Source of the DNA: a virus
Lineage: Duplodnaviria > Caudoviricetes
Strand: one strand, 5' to 3'
Virus record (IMG/VR): IMGVR_UViG_3300044898_000038
Span: 1 to 54,706 of that record
DNA length: 54,706 nt
The notes beneath the pieces are model-generated. The model was not told the DNA's origin, ran no database searches, and saw only the letters and a list, made by a program, of their open reading frames with translations. The translations under genes and the position numbers were made by a program. Of the stretch, positions 37,701 to 46,252 are shown piece by piece (position 1 is the first letter of the stretch; each line of letters begins with the position of its first letter).

Positions 37701-38733
37701 CGGCTGCCTGCTTTTCTTGCGAAGCTCCGCTTGATAGGCCCGCCGCTCGCGTCTGTTCCCGTGATGGTTCGGAACCACTTTGTTCTGTCGCGCCATCATC
37801 TCCTGCTCTCGCTCCTGAGACGCCTTCATCGAGGCTATCAGGTCTTCCTGTTTCTGGTTGCAGATGTTGCGAAGCATTTCCATTGTCGATGATCTCCTCT
37901 GTTAGCTTACGTCGTGGTTTTTTCGGCTTTGCAATTGGTTGTCCGCGCCCGTCGACCTTCTCCGGCAGATGATCGAACTTCTGCAGGTGCGCCTCGATCG
38001 CGGCGTCCATGCGCTCGTGGTCGCCGCCAGGGAAAACGAAGATGTGCCCGCAGCTGCAGGTGCCGACCGTCTTGACGGCACCGGCCAATACCGGGTTGGT
38101 CATGGAGAACGTGTGGCCGGCCGGATAGACCTTGCGCGCACGATGTGCGGTGACCAGTTCGGCGACGATCGGGTCTGACGGAGCGGGCGAGACGCCATTC
38201 TCGCATTGTGTGGCCGCTATAACGGGCGCCAAAGAGCCGACACCATCGGGCATCCTACGCGCCGCTGCGCTGTGATCGCTGCTTACCCCTTCTATTTCGC
38301 AGGCCGTTTGCGTTGACACTGCCGAAGTCATGGCAGGCGGTACGGGGCACGCTCCGTCAGATTTCCCTTCCGGCTTAATGCTCAACGCCCATTCGATTAC
38401 CCGACCGCCAAGGCCTTCGCCCCAGTGAATGCCTTCATCTTCCTTGGCGCGGATGTATTTGCGGGCTTTGCGGATCAGGCCTGCGATGGCGTGACGCATA
38501 GCGTCTTCACGCGGAAAGAAACGGACACTCTCGACATGGAACGGATGCACAAGCCACGATCCATCCTCGAGCTCGAGTACGCCGAACCGCGCCGCCGGCG
38601 AACGGTCGCGATCGTAAAAGAACATCTCGCCCTGCTCGTCGCGGAAGGCGAGCCCTCCGATGCCGAGCGGAGGCTCGCCGGCGGCGTTGCGGAGGATGGG
38701 GGTTGCGGGTGTGGTGCGGGCGGGAGCGTTCAT
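34714..38733 (-). CDS. SF2/SNF2-like helicase fused to N4/N6 DNA methyltransferase, with long N-terminal extension
   Basis: FAECGLHKT, LDEAS, TATPAPN helicase motifs; TSIPF (motif IV), HICPLQ, DPFGG (motif I) beta-class MTase. Confidence 0.88.
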   Translation of the reverse strand: MNAPARTTPATPILRNAAGEPPLGIGGLAFRDEQGEMFFYDRDRSPAARFGVLELEDGSWLVHPFHVESVRFFPREDAMRHAIAGLIRKARKYIRAKEDEGIHWGEGLGGRVIEWALSIKPEGKSDGACPVPPAMTSAVSTQTACEIEGVSSDHSAAARRMPDGVGSLAPVIAATQCENGVSPAPSDPIVAELVTAHRARKVYPAGHTFSMTNPVLAGAVKTVGTCSCGHIFVFPGGDHERMDAAIEAHLQKFDHLPEKVDGRGQPIAKPKKPRRKLTEEIIDNGNASQHLQPETGRPDSLDEGVSGARAGDDGATEQSGSEPSREQTRAAGLSSGASQEKQAAGVASGPSETITNGMERLASAPAPASSSLALEGAGASNIADVSPQLRSEPVPSLSPDGAGSSLRDEYLAGIQARTQQGAPIGAGSVADVRCEACAPAELSAGESAAPLSDDDDLAIEWPSYDAFLEDKIVSTPYRGIEIERASLHPWLKDFNKDIVVWALRLGCAAIFAECGLHKTAMQLEWARRLGKHTGGPTLNVLPLGCRHGFINEAEQKLDMAVSFIKDAAALGINARYIEHPDQMVAGCEHYLTNYEPIRDGKLDPNLFAATSLDEASVLRSYGSKTFQEFLPLFSKVPFKLVATATPAPNRFKELIHYAGFLGVMDTGQALTRFFQRDTEQAGNLTLYPHMVNEFWMWVHSWAAFVQRPSDLGYSDEGYDLPPVEVVWHEVAADHSKASPDRDGQGILFRNAAQGLSAAASSRRDSLSARVAKAVAIKAETPDEHCLWWHDLEAERLALESAVPGIVTITGSGMDLDTREKRLIEFEEGLIKDFGTKPILSGLGSNFQYHCNMMIFVGMPGDGYKFELWYQAIKRLQRYGQTKPVKAHMIYSEDQREGRAALERKLAQDTEMRTRMIAIIRAHGLNTLPMRDALARSIGVKRVEIRGERFIAVNNDTVAEAKGWVANSVDQIITSIPFLQKYEYAESYNDFGHTEDAGHFWGQMDFLTAELLRMLKPGRMACIHVKDEIEFGSVTGEGVPTVYPFHCEAIMHYRAHGFQYCGEISILTDVVTENAGNYRLGWSKNAEDSTTMGVGCPEKVLLFRKPQTDKSRGWADIRVTKQKPMCTDAEGNAVSFDKKLPIIPGTGYSRARWQIDAHAFWRSSGNRVLTMDELLALGPETMSRLFPNSTRNVIYDYEEHVRIGEELERRGRLPTKFMCLAPGSWHPDIWDDVDRMRTLNMYQAAKGREKHICPLQFDTVDRLIDRYSNEGDLIYDPFGGIMTVPYRAILKGRRGAAVELNSKYFLDGVHYLRIAEEKMTTPQLFDLATFDAVNTPPQRT

Positions 38734-39437
38734 GTGCAGCCCGGTCCGCCGCCGAGAGCGTTTTCCAGTACAAGGCGGGCATTATGCCCAGCCGAACGCG
38801 CTGGGTGACCCAGTACACGTTCCGCCGCTAGGTCGCAGGCCTGCGCCATCGCGATGCGAAGACGCTGGATTTCACTCTCCGCATTGACCGCACGCGTCAT
38901 CTGCTCTTCGCAGCGCGCTGCCATTTCCATGGCGTCATCTTTCCACGTAACGCGCCACAGCGGCTTGTCGCAGTTCGGACAATTGTCGCCAGCGTCATCG
39001 CGCGCCGTGACCGCCCCGTCGCTTGCGTTGAGGTTCATTTGCGAGAGCACAAATTTGCATTTCGGGCAGCGCCATTGACCGGGTACGAATACTTGATCGG
39101 CCGGCGGCTGCTCGCCCTTCACGAGCGCAGCGACAAAGGCCGGCTCACGATACGGGTGAAGATCGGCCGAAGGCGGATATCGACCCGGCGGAACTATATC
39201 TTGCCGCGCGAGACTGCCCCGCATGATGTCGAATACGTTCTCATCATGCTTGCCGTGACGTTCGAACAGAACAACCACCTGATAGTAGGCATCCGCCTTT
39301 CTCAGGCGATGGTGCACGGCCAGCGGCTTGTCTTTGGCCGCCCAATGCTCCGCTTGATGCATCAGGCTACCGATTTCGCGCCGATAGTATGCGCCGACCA
39401 GCGATGCCATATCGGATGCGAAAACGCTGTCGTTCAT
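38730..39437 (-). CDS. Zinc-ribbon-containing hypothetical protein
   Basis: CPKC...CPNC. Confidence 0.65.
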   Translation of the reverse strand: MNDSVFASDMASLVGAYYRREIGSLMHQAEHWAAKDKPLAVHHRLRKADAYYQVVVLFERHGKHDENVFDIMRGSLARQDIVPPGRYPPSADLHPYREPAFVAALVKGEQPPADQVFVPGQWRCPKCKFVLSQMNLNASDGAVTARDDAGDNCPNCDKPLWRVTWKDDAMEMAARCEEQMTRAVNAESEIQRLRIAMAQACDLAAERVLGHPARSAGHNARLVLENALGGGPGCT

Positions 39438-39808
39438 TGCATCGGCCCCGTCGCAAGCGAAACCGACCGCACGCCGCCACCCTGCCCCGCAAGCCGCTGA
39501 TCGAGCGCGCTGCGGCCCGGCAGCGGGTCTCCGAAGAATTCGGCCGTGATACTGCGATGCTGCGGGCGCGTGTTGCGGATTGCTTTGGCTAACGCGGTTG
39601 CGTGCTGGCGCTGAATGCGTTGCTTCGAAAGCTGCTCAGGCGTGCCACCGCGTTTCAGGAAATGGTACTGCACCTTGCAGGCCCAACGCGTGCGCTGAAG
39701 GCGCACGCCGATGGCGCCCCACTCTTCGCCCTTGTCGCCGGCGGCGGTCAGCGCGGCGTTCTCTTCGGCGGTCCAGAGTTCGCCCCTGCGTTCCAATCCG
39801 TCGATCAT
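39434..39808 (-). CDS. Myb/SANT-like HTH protein
   Basis: WT.EE...L......W..I...L.RT..AC; GDP.PGRSAL tail. Confidence 0.6.
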   Translation of the reverse strand: MIDGLERRGELWTAEENAALTAAGDKGEEWGAIGVRLQRTRWACKVQYHFLKRGGTPEQLSKQRIQRQHATALAKAIRNTRPQHRSITAEFFGDPLPGRSALDQRLAGQGGGVRSVSLATGPMQ

Positions 39809-42027
39809 TCCGCTGCCTCCATGAACTGAGGCGCGGGCTTAAGGTCGCGCGGGGCGTAGTTCGCTTTGACCAGAGCCGCCGCCATGGGCGGGCAAACGCT
39901 GTTGCCGCATTTGGAGACCTGTTCGGTCTTGGTGATCGGAGAGCCGTCAGGCTTGCGGTCGATGATGTAGCTGTCGGGGAAGCCTTGGGCACGGAACAAC
40001 TCGCGCGGGGTGAGCATGCGCATGCCAATGTCGGTGATGACGTAGGTTTCACCCTCGATATCTACCGTGCACAGACCGAACCTGTCTTTCGCTGTGGCCG
40101 TGTGGAGCGGTTCTTCGAGGCGCGGGTCCTGATCAACGCCGTAATATTTCGTCAGGAACGCCCGCGTCTCCGCGATGTGGCCACCCTGCGCCGTAGCCGT
40201 GGGCGCAGGCGCGTCGATTTCACTGTCGCGCCGGTCGCTGCCTTTGAGAACAGTGAGTCCCGCAGAGACCACGGCTTGCGTGCTACCCTTGCCGACGATG
40301 GTCGAAACAGGTTCGCGCGCATCGTGGCCCGGCTCGAGATAGTTGTGCTGCGCCATGAACGCCGCGACCAGGTGCATATGCGCGCCGCCGGAGGTGATCG
40401 TGTGCGTCGGCTTGTTGGCTTCGTTGAACGGCTTCTGCGCGTTGCGCATCGTCATCAGATGCGGAGCGACAAGGCCGATGGGCGCAGCGCCGCCCGCGCG
40501 CTTGATGAAGCTGTTTGCTGTAACTGTGGGCGCGGGCTCATCCATGCCGCTGCCGACACTGTTGGCGCGGAATTTTGTCAGGTGTGGCGCGATCAATCCG
40601 TGCTTGACGCCGCCCGCCACGGCGGTCCCCAGCGGCTTATCCAGCCCGGGCACGCGCGGCTCTTGCCCTGCGCGCTCGCCATAGCCGGTTTGGATCAACG
40701 TCGGGACGATGATCTGATTTTGATCCTTGTTCGACGCTGTGACCGTGTGCAGCGGATCGTCCACGGGACGCACGCTACCGCCCTGCTGCGCGGCGCTGAT
40801 GAAAGGCGTGATCAGCGCGTGATCCGGAGACGCCAGCACGGTGCCGTGGGGATCCTGCAGCGAATGCGTCCCCTGCCCGCGCTTCTTGCCGTTCTTGTCG
40901 ACGTCGCCATGCGCTGTGCGCGCCAGGTACGGCGCGACCAATACGCTATCCGCCTTCGCCGTCAGGGTCTGCGCCGGCTGATCTGCGGCGCGTGGTTCGG
41001 TCTGCGCCATCCTGCCGCCGACGCCGGTCACGAACGGCGTCACGACGGCCTTTTCGCCTCGGTGTGCGGCGGTCACTGTCGCCAGCGGATCGTCAACGGC
41101 TTGAGCCTGCCCTTCGCCATGATGCGTCAGATTGACGATGAACGGCTTTGCCGCATCGAGCACGTAGCGCTTCACGCCTTTTGCGATCCGCGCCATCGTC
41201 GCGGGCTGCAGCGGTCGCACGGCGCGCAAGCCGTACTTTTCCATGATCTCTTCTGCGGTGTCGAAGATCGAAGGGCATGGCAAAGACCAGTCGATGATTT
41301 CCGCAGCCGTGCGCCAGGGCTTTAGCCGCCCCGATTTCACGGCGTCCGACTTCGGATCACCATGCGTCGGCATCGGCCAGATAATCGGTTCGCCATCACG
41401 GCGCGCGATCAGGAACAGCCGCTTGCGGATCGTCGGCGCGCCGTAGTCGCAAGCGCGCAGCTCGCGCCACTCGACGACATAGCCGAGCCGTTCCAGTTCG
41501 CCGATCCAGCGCTTGAAAGTATGCCCCTTCTGAATCGGGCACGGCTTGTTGTCGGCGCCGAGCGGTCCCCACGTCTGGAATTCTTCCACGTTCTCGACGA
41601 TGATTATGCGAGGGGCAACGACGTTGGCCCAATGAACCACTACCCATGCAAGGCCGCGTATCTTTTTCTCGACGGGCTTTCCGCCCTTGGCTTTGGAGAA
41701 GTGCTTGCAGTCCGGCGAAAACCATCCGAGCCCTACGGGCCTCCCGCGTGTTGCTTTGCGCGGATGCACTTCCCAGATTTCAGACTGGATATGCTCGGTC
41801 TCAGGGTGGTTGACCTCATGCATCGCGAGTGCGATTTTGTCATGATTGATAGCGACCGCCGGAGATCGTCCAAGCGCTCCCTCAAGGCCGGTTGACGTTC
41901 CACCTCCTCCCGCGAATCCGTCGATCTCAATCTCTTCGAGAAACCCCAGCTGAAGGAATCGCTTCAAAGCGGCTTCGCTGAGCACGGTCGCAAGTTCGGA
42001 GTAGAGGATATCGGGAACGGACGGCAT
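39805..42027 (-). CDS. C5 cytosine DNA methyltransferase with internal repeat expansion
   Basis: FAGGGG (I), SPDC (IV), ENV (VI), R.RLF (VIII), RMLTPRE..RAQGF, GNSV (X). Confidence 0.93.
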   Translation of the reverse strand: MPSVPDILYSELATVLSEAALKRFLQLGFLEEIEIDGFAGGGGTSTGLEGALGRSPAVAINHDKIALAMHEVNHPETEHIQSEIWEVHPRKATRGRPVGLGWFSPDCKHFSKAKGGKPVEKKIRGLAWVVVHWANVVAPRIIIVENVEEFQTWGPLGADNKPCPIQKGHTFKRWIGELERLGYVVEWRELRACDYGAPTIRKRLFLIARRDGEPIIWPMPTHGDPKSDAVKSGRLKPWRTAAEIIDWSLPCPSIFDTAEEIMEKYGLRAVRPLQPATMARIAKGVKRYVLDAAKPFIVNLTHHGEGQAQAVDDPLATVTAAHRGEKAVVTPFVTGVGGRMAQTEPRAADQPAQTLTAKADSVLVAPYLARTAHGDVDKNGKKRGQGTHSLQDPHGTVLASPDHALITPFISAAQQGGSVRPVDDPLHTVTASNKDQNQIIVPTLIQTGYGERAGQEPRVPGLDKPLGTAVAGGVKHGLIAPHLTKFRANSVGSGMDEPAPTVTANSFIKRAGGAAPIGLVAPHLMTMRNAQKPFNEANKPTHTITSGGAHMHLVAAFMAQHNYLEPGHDAREPVSTIVGKGSTQAVVSAGLTVLKGSDRRDSEIDAPAPTATAQGGHIAETRAFLTKYYGVDQDPRLEEPLHTATAKDRFGLCTVDIEGETYVITDIGMRMLTPRELFRAQGFPDSYIIDRKPDGSPITKTEQVSKCGNSVCPPMAAALVKANYAPRDLKPAPQFMEAAE

Positions 42028-42281
42028 CACTCCGCAGCCTCGCGCATCATCCCGACGCCGCCGAAATGCCATTCGACCGGATAACCTGCGACCTGTTGAG
42101 GCCTGGGCAAGCTCCACTGCGCCTCAGCGCAGCCGGCATAGACGTGGAGTTCGCCGTCTCCGAGCGCGATGGTGAAGCTGCCGGAGGGCGCGCCGTGGGT
42201 TTCGATAATGTCCATTAGCCAGCGGGCGCCGAACTCGAGTTCGTCGCGCTTCAGCGCCGCGCGCGGGCGGGAGAAGTTCAT
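42027..42281 (-). CDS. Hypothetical phage protein
   Basis: Coupled ORF starting MNFSRP. Confidence 0.55.
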   Translation of the reverse strand: MNFSRPRAALKRDELEFGARWLMDIIETHGAPSGSFTIALGDGELHVYAGCAEAQWSLPRPQQVAGYPVEWHFGGVGMMREAAE

Positions 42282-42835
42282 CAGAACGACCTCCGCTTTG
42301 TCTTGCGGGAGCGGTCGAATCTCTCGCCTTCGGAGATGATGAGGGCTGCAGACTTCACCCAATTGCGGCGCTCATCCGTCGTGATTTTCATCCAGGCGCG
42401 GTCCCAAGGCCAGAAAACGCTCCCGGTGAAATACAACAACGCCCCGAGCTTGCGAGGATCAGGAATCGTGGCCTGTCGAGTGCCCAGCGCGTATACGGCG
42501 CCTGCCGCAGCGAGCTCGCCCTTCTCGTGCGCGTCATCGTGCGCCGCGTCGAAACCTTCGACTTCTTTCTGCCGGAAGCACTCCGCAATTACGGCTTGTA
42601 CAAATGGCGATAGTGGCCTTCGAATATGCAGCGCCTCGAACACCCGCCGCATCACGAACTGTCGCGCCAGCGACACGACCGTCATGATCGCGGCAAAGGC
42701 CAGGTTCATCTCGATCGGGATGTTGACGCCGAGCAGGATGGGCAGAACCAGCCACTGCACGAACAGCGAGAGGAAGAAGCCGGCCGCCGTCGATAGCGTG
42801 GTTTCCAGCAGGGACATGAATCGGGTCTGTTTCAT
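42281..42835 (-). CDS. Two-TM domain fused to conserved phage helical domain
   Basis: Hydrophobic N-half; AE..RQ...EG....HDD.H..GELA.A...WPW...VK.AALI..E.ER.DR C-half. Confidence 0.65.
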   Translation of the reverse strand: MKQTRFMSLLETTLSTAAGFFLSLFVQWLVLPILLGVNIPIEMNLAFAAIMTVVSLARQFVMRRVFEALHIRRPLSPFVQAVIAECFRQKEVEGFDAAHDDAHEKGELAAAGAVYALGTRQATIPDPRKLGALLYFTGSVFWPWDRAWMKITTDERRNWVKSAALIISEGERFDRSRKTKRRSF

Positions 42836-44349
42836 TCGGCGGCCTCCCGCGCTGGAACTTGCAGCCCGTGATTTCCCCACACCTCCCATAGCGGCCAGCG
42901 CGCCTTGAAGGCAGCAGGATCGTCGACGCGCCCGAACATCTCGAGCTTCGGCACGCCCTCGAAATACCGGTCCAGCATCTCGCGGACGATGTCGTTCGGC
43001 TTTTCGGAATGCACGCCCTTGACGGCATCGATGATGGACAGCGCCTGCTTGCCTTCGAGCGGCGCCGGCACGTCGCCGCGGCAACCGACAAGCAGCAGTT
43101 CATGGCAGTCGCGAAACCAGAAGCCCGTTCCCTGGTGCAGGTTGCCGTTGGCGGCGCGCTTGGCCCAAATTTGATGCGTGCGATATCGTCCCTCGCCGAC
43201 CGGCGGCAGGATCCGTCCGTCGGGTCCGCGCAGCAGCAGGCCTTGCTCGTCGCGGCGGCGGGCGCTGGCAAAGCCCCACTCCGTCATCAGGTCGAGTTGA
43301 TCCTGCAGGGAGTTGGCCCACGCCCACATCACCATCACGGAATTTGGTTTTGCGCGGGCAAGAATTTGGTCTCGCATGTTGGCGAGAAAATCGAATCCTT
43401 CCGTCCTGTAGTGATTTTCCGGGGACTTCTCCATGCCGGTATCGTCCGACCATGCGACGAACTCGCGGGGGATGTCGACGTAAAACAGGCCGACAGTTTC
43501 GCCGCCGGAAAGCAGTGGCGTGGCGTCCGGATCGCGCATCTTGTCGAGACGTTTTTGCCGACTGACCTTTTGCTTTTCAGTCCGGTTTTTTTTGGCGACT
43601 TCCTTGACGATCTTAGGGTCGGCGGCGGCGATGATCTTTTTCTGCTCTTCGATCGGAAGGGTAGCGATCTCCATCGCGTCATTGACCGTCACGGTTCCGC
43701 GCTGTACCGCACCCTGCAATTCTGGCGCGCCCTTATCGAGTACGACCGCATAGCGCTGCACGGTACTTCGGCTCACCCCGTACATGTTGGCAGCATCGGT
43801 CTGCGACATGATCGTCGCTGGAATATCTTTGCCTTCCGACGACGTCGGCTCGCCCGCCAGTGGCAGGATAGGTGCTTCACGTGAAGCACCTATCGTAAAC
43901 CTATTTGCACCAAGAGGCAGACGCGCTACGCGTGCGGCGTAGTCTGCGAGCTGTCCGATCGTTAGATGACGACGCTCGATATTCTCTGCCTTGAGATATT
44001 GCAGCAGATCGTAATCGGTCCCCTCGAATACGAGGCAGTCGATTGGCTTTTTGAGCTCAATAAGATCGCGCGCCCGGTTGCGGCCGTCAGCCAGCAAGCC
44101 GCGATGGAGAAGGGCGGGATGAATTTGTCTTTCGGAAAGCGACGCCCGAAACGCCGGACGCTGTTCTTCCGCCATCATCGGCAAAAGGTTGGCGAAAGGA
44201 TGGATATATTTGAAGCCGGGAAAGCCCTTGGGCAAGGTGCCTGCGAGATGCGCCGCGAACTCTGGTGACGCAAACTCCTGGGCAAGGCCATCGTATTTGC
44301 CTTGATCGCCCCGCATCAGCGTCATGCTGGATATAATGCGCCCGCCCAT
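42832..44349 (-). CDS. ParB-like domain fused to MT-A70-family adenine methyltransferase
   Basis: HP.A...P.M...DGRNR...N..RRHL (ParB-like); G.GFWFR..HELLLVG.RG, HS.KP, LEMFGR, W..WGN (MT-A70). Confidence 0.85.
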   Translation of the reverse strand: MGGRIISSMTLMRGDQGKYDGLAQEFASPEFAAHLAGTLPKGFPGFKYIHPFANLLPMMAEEQRPAFRASLSERQIHPALLHRGLLADGRNRARDLIELKKPIDCLVFEGTDYDLLQYLKAENIERRHLTIGQLADYAARVARLPLGANRFTIGASREAPILPLAGEPTSSEGKDIPATIMSQTDAANMYGVSRSTVQRYAVVLDKGAPELQGAVQRGTVTVNDAMEIATLPIEEQKKIIAAADPKIVKEVAKKNRTEKQKVSRQKRLDKMRDPDATPLLSGGETVGLFYVDIPREFVAWSDDTGMEKSPENHYRTEGFDFLANMRDQILARAKPNSVMVMWAWANSLQDQLDLMTEWGFASARRRDEQGLLLRGPDGRILPPVGEGRYRTHQIWAKRAANGNLHQGTGFWFRDCHELLLVGCRGDVPAPLEGKQALSIIDAVKGVHSEKPNDIVREMLDRYFEGVPKLEMFGRVDDPAAFKARWPLWEVWGNHGLQVPAREAAE

Positions 44350-44354
44350 CGCCC

Positions 44355-44543
44355 TCACCCAAACCGCTTGTGAACGATGCGCTCTGCCGGCGAGCGGGTG
44401 AGATGCGACCACACTGAGGCTGCAAGCATCAGCGCCAGGATCACGGCAAGGGATCCTGCCCAGAGCGACAGCTCAGGCTGGGCTTGGCCGAACATGTCGG
44501 CTAGTCCGTCGAGATCGAATGCGAGGCCGATCGAAGCCATCAT
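44355..44543 (-). CDS. Small membrane protein
   Basis: One TM segment; coupled ORF. Confidence 0.5.
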   Translation of the reverse strand: MMASIGLAFDLDGLADMFGQAQPELSLWAGSLAVILALMLAASVWSHLTRSPAERIVHKRFG

Positions 44544-44896
44544 GGGATTGATCCTCCGTCGCGATGATCGGAATCGTCGCCGTCGAATTCATCGTCGGCG
44601 CCGTGGTCGCGATACGGGATCGCGGGCGTGTAAGATCGCTCCGCGTAGTTCATGACGGTCTTTTCGTCCGTGACGGTGTAGGAGAAGATCGAAGAGCCTC
44701 CGTAGTAGTGGCTGGACCAGCTCACTTCACCCGGCGCTGTGATCTTCGGAACGTCGATGCGCAGCATCTTGGCGCCGAAGCGTTCTTCCTCGCGGGCCTT
44801 TCCGACGTGGCGGCGATGGCCAAATATCTCGACAATGGCCCATTCCCAGCCTTCGGCTTCTGGCGCCGGCACATTCGCTTCGGTTTGTTCGGACAT
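44540..44896 (-). CDS. Conserved phage hypothetical protein
   Basis: WAIVE.FGHRR..G...E.E.FG..MLRIDVP...YGG.SIF motif. Confidence 0.7.
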   Translation of the reverse strand: MSEQTEANVPAPEAEGWEWAIVEIFGHRRHVGKAREEERFGAKMLRIDVPKITAPGEVSWSSHYYGGSSIFSYTVTDEKTVMNYAERSYTPAIPYRDHGADDEFDGDDSDHRDGGSIP

Positions 44897-45007
44897 CGGA
44901 CGCGGTCCATTTTTGAGACAAGAGTTCTCACGCCCGGAAATGACCGGACGCGCGCGAAGGCTGAAAACGCAAGGGAAGCAACTGGAACTGGATGCGAGGC
45001 GGTTAGG

Positions 45008-45130
45008 CTACTGCCGGCGGACCCCGCGTGTTTGGTTTCTGGGCTGGATCATCGCCGACGCTATCAGGAGCGCCGCGGTGAGACCGAGCAGGACGGGCGA
45101 GATGGCGACGAGGAGGCTAAACAGTCTCAT
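45008..45130 (-). CDS. Small membrane protein (40 aa)
   Basis: MRLFSLLVAISPVLLGLTAALLIASAMIQ...; GGAG RBS and ATGA overlap. Confidence 0.45.
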   Translation of the reverse strand: MRLFSLLVAISPVLLGLTAALLIASAMIQPRNQTRGVRRQ

Positions 45131-45312
45131 GCTGCGCTCCGATCAGCCGATGATGGCGCGGCAGCGACGCGAACTTTGCCAAGGTCGAAGTCGTAGAACA
45201 TCTGCCCGCGATTAAAGGCGGGCAGCGGACCGGTCGATTGCCTGATCTTCAAAAGGCTTCGCACGATGTCGGGATCGGCGCCGGGCATGGTGTTGATTGG
45301 CGCTGCGGTCAT
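45127..45312 (-). CDS. Hypothetical protein flanked by 28-bp direct repeats
   Basis: GGAG RBS; repeats at 45127-45154 and 45309-45336. Confidence 0.5.
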   Translation of the reverse strand: MTAAPINTMPGADPDIVRSLLKIRQSTGPLPAFNRGQMFYDFDLGKVRVAAAPSSADRSAA

Positions 45313-45324
45313 GCGGCGCTCCGA

Positions 45325-45570
45325 TCAACCGATGATCTCGGCATAGACCGCAAGGGCTGCGCGGGCGTTCGGCTTGCGTTTGCCTTCGCAGAGAAAAATG
45401 GCGTGGCGCTTCGTGCATTCAGCGCGCTTGGCGAGCGTGGCGATCGGTTCGTCAGGCCATAGCGCCCATACGGCGCGACCGAATTGCGAAAGTTTTTTAC
45501 GCGGCGGGAGAACAATTGTTCCGATGTTCTCACTGGACCGGCGGCGGCGCCGCACGTTTGATTCCCCCAT
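45325..45570 (-). CDS. HTH regulator (CII-like position)
   Basis: LA.RA.CT.R.A.....G.R.P HTH-like pattern downstream of cro. Confidence 0.55.
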   Translation of the reverse strand: MGESNVRRRRRSSENIGTIVLPPRKKLSQFGRAVWALWPDEPIATLAKRAECTKRHAIFLCEGKRKPNARAALAVYAEIIG

Positions 45571-45599
45571 GACACAACCCCTACGCGACTGGACGCCCG

Positions 45600-45764
45600 A
45601 TGAAAAACCCGGTGCTGCTTGCAATCCTTGCTGCCCTGCTTGTCGCCGCAACGCTCGGCGTCATGCTGCTGTGGCCGGAACTGTATCTCTGCGACCGCAG
45701 CAAGCCGGCAGGCCCGGCCATCGGCCAGGTGCAAAGGATCATGGGGTGTACCGGCCGGGGGTAG
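45600..45764 (+). CDS. Possible small membrane protein, antisense to the early operon
   Basis: MKNPVLLAILAALLVAATLGVMLLWP... (54 aa); weak RBS. Confidence 0.3.
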   Translation: MKNPVLLAILAALLVAATLGVMLLWPELYLCDRSKPAGPAIGQVQRIMGCTGRG

Positions 45765-46027
45765 GCTCGGTTGAACACCCCGATCGCTACGTTTTCCCGG
45801 TTGTGCACGGTATGCTAAAACCGCCGCAACCAATGCGAGAGGCGGGAGAAGTTCCCTGCTGCAGCGCGAAACCGGCGAAAATATTTCTATGTTGCCAATG
45901 GCTTGTTCCGTGCAATGCTGGTTCCATCCAAGAGTATGCAGGGAGGAACGTGGCAGATGCGCGGACTCCAAGGACGTGGTGCCAATCAATGCACCCAAAG
46001 CGCGACGATTATTCAGTTTCCGAGGCG

Positions 46028-46252
46028 TCATGTGCGGGCCTCTTCGGTCACGGCCTCTTTGAAACCAAAAACCGACGGCGAAGCTTCCTTTCCCAAGGCG
46101 GCCAGGGCTTCGCGGACAACCATAAAACTGCCCTTAGAAATCCTGCCGCGCACACGCCAGTTGCTGACCGCGGTCGTCCCGACGCCGCACAACGCAGCCA
46201 CCTTTGAGGGGCCGCCCAGCGCTTCAAACACATCATCAATCGAATCAAGCAT
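46028..46252 (-). CDS. Cro-like repressor
   Basis: LGG.SKVA..CGV...AVSNW..RG.I HTH; divergent from cI. Confidence 0.88.
   Translation of the reverse strand: MLDSIDDVFEALGGPSKVAALCGVGTTAVSNWRVRGRISKGSFMVVREALAALGKEASPSVFGFKEAVTEEART

Noticed and set aside
39580-41325. 581-aa plus-strand ORF and other long antisense ORFs (e.g. 12645-13775, 16231-17475, 31319-32569)
   Set aside because: Shadow frames of well-supported minus-strand genes in high-GC DNA; no recognisable motifs.
45309-46207. Long ORFs 45309-46031 (-) and 45374-46207 (+), and the extended start of cI at 45903
   Set aside because: They overlap cro and the CII-like gene, have atypical composition, and the HTH begins only at 46341.
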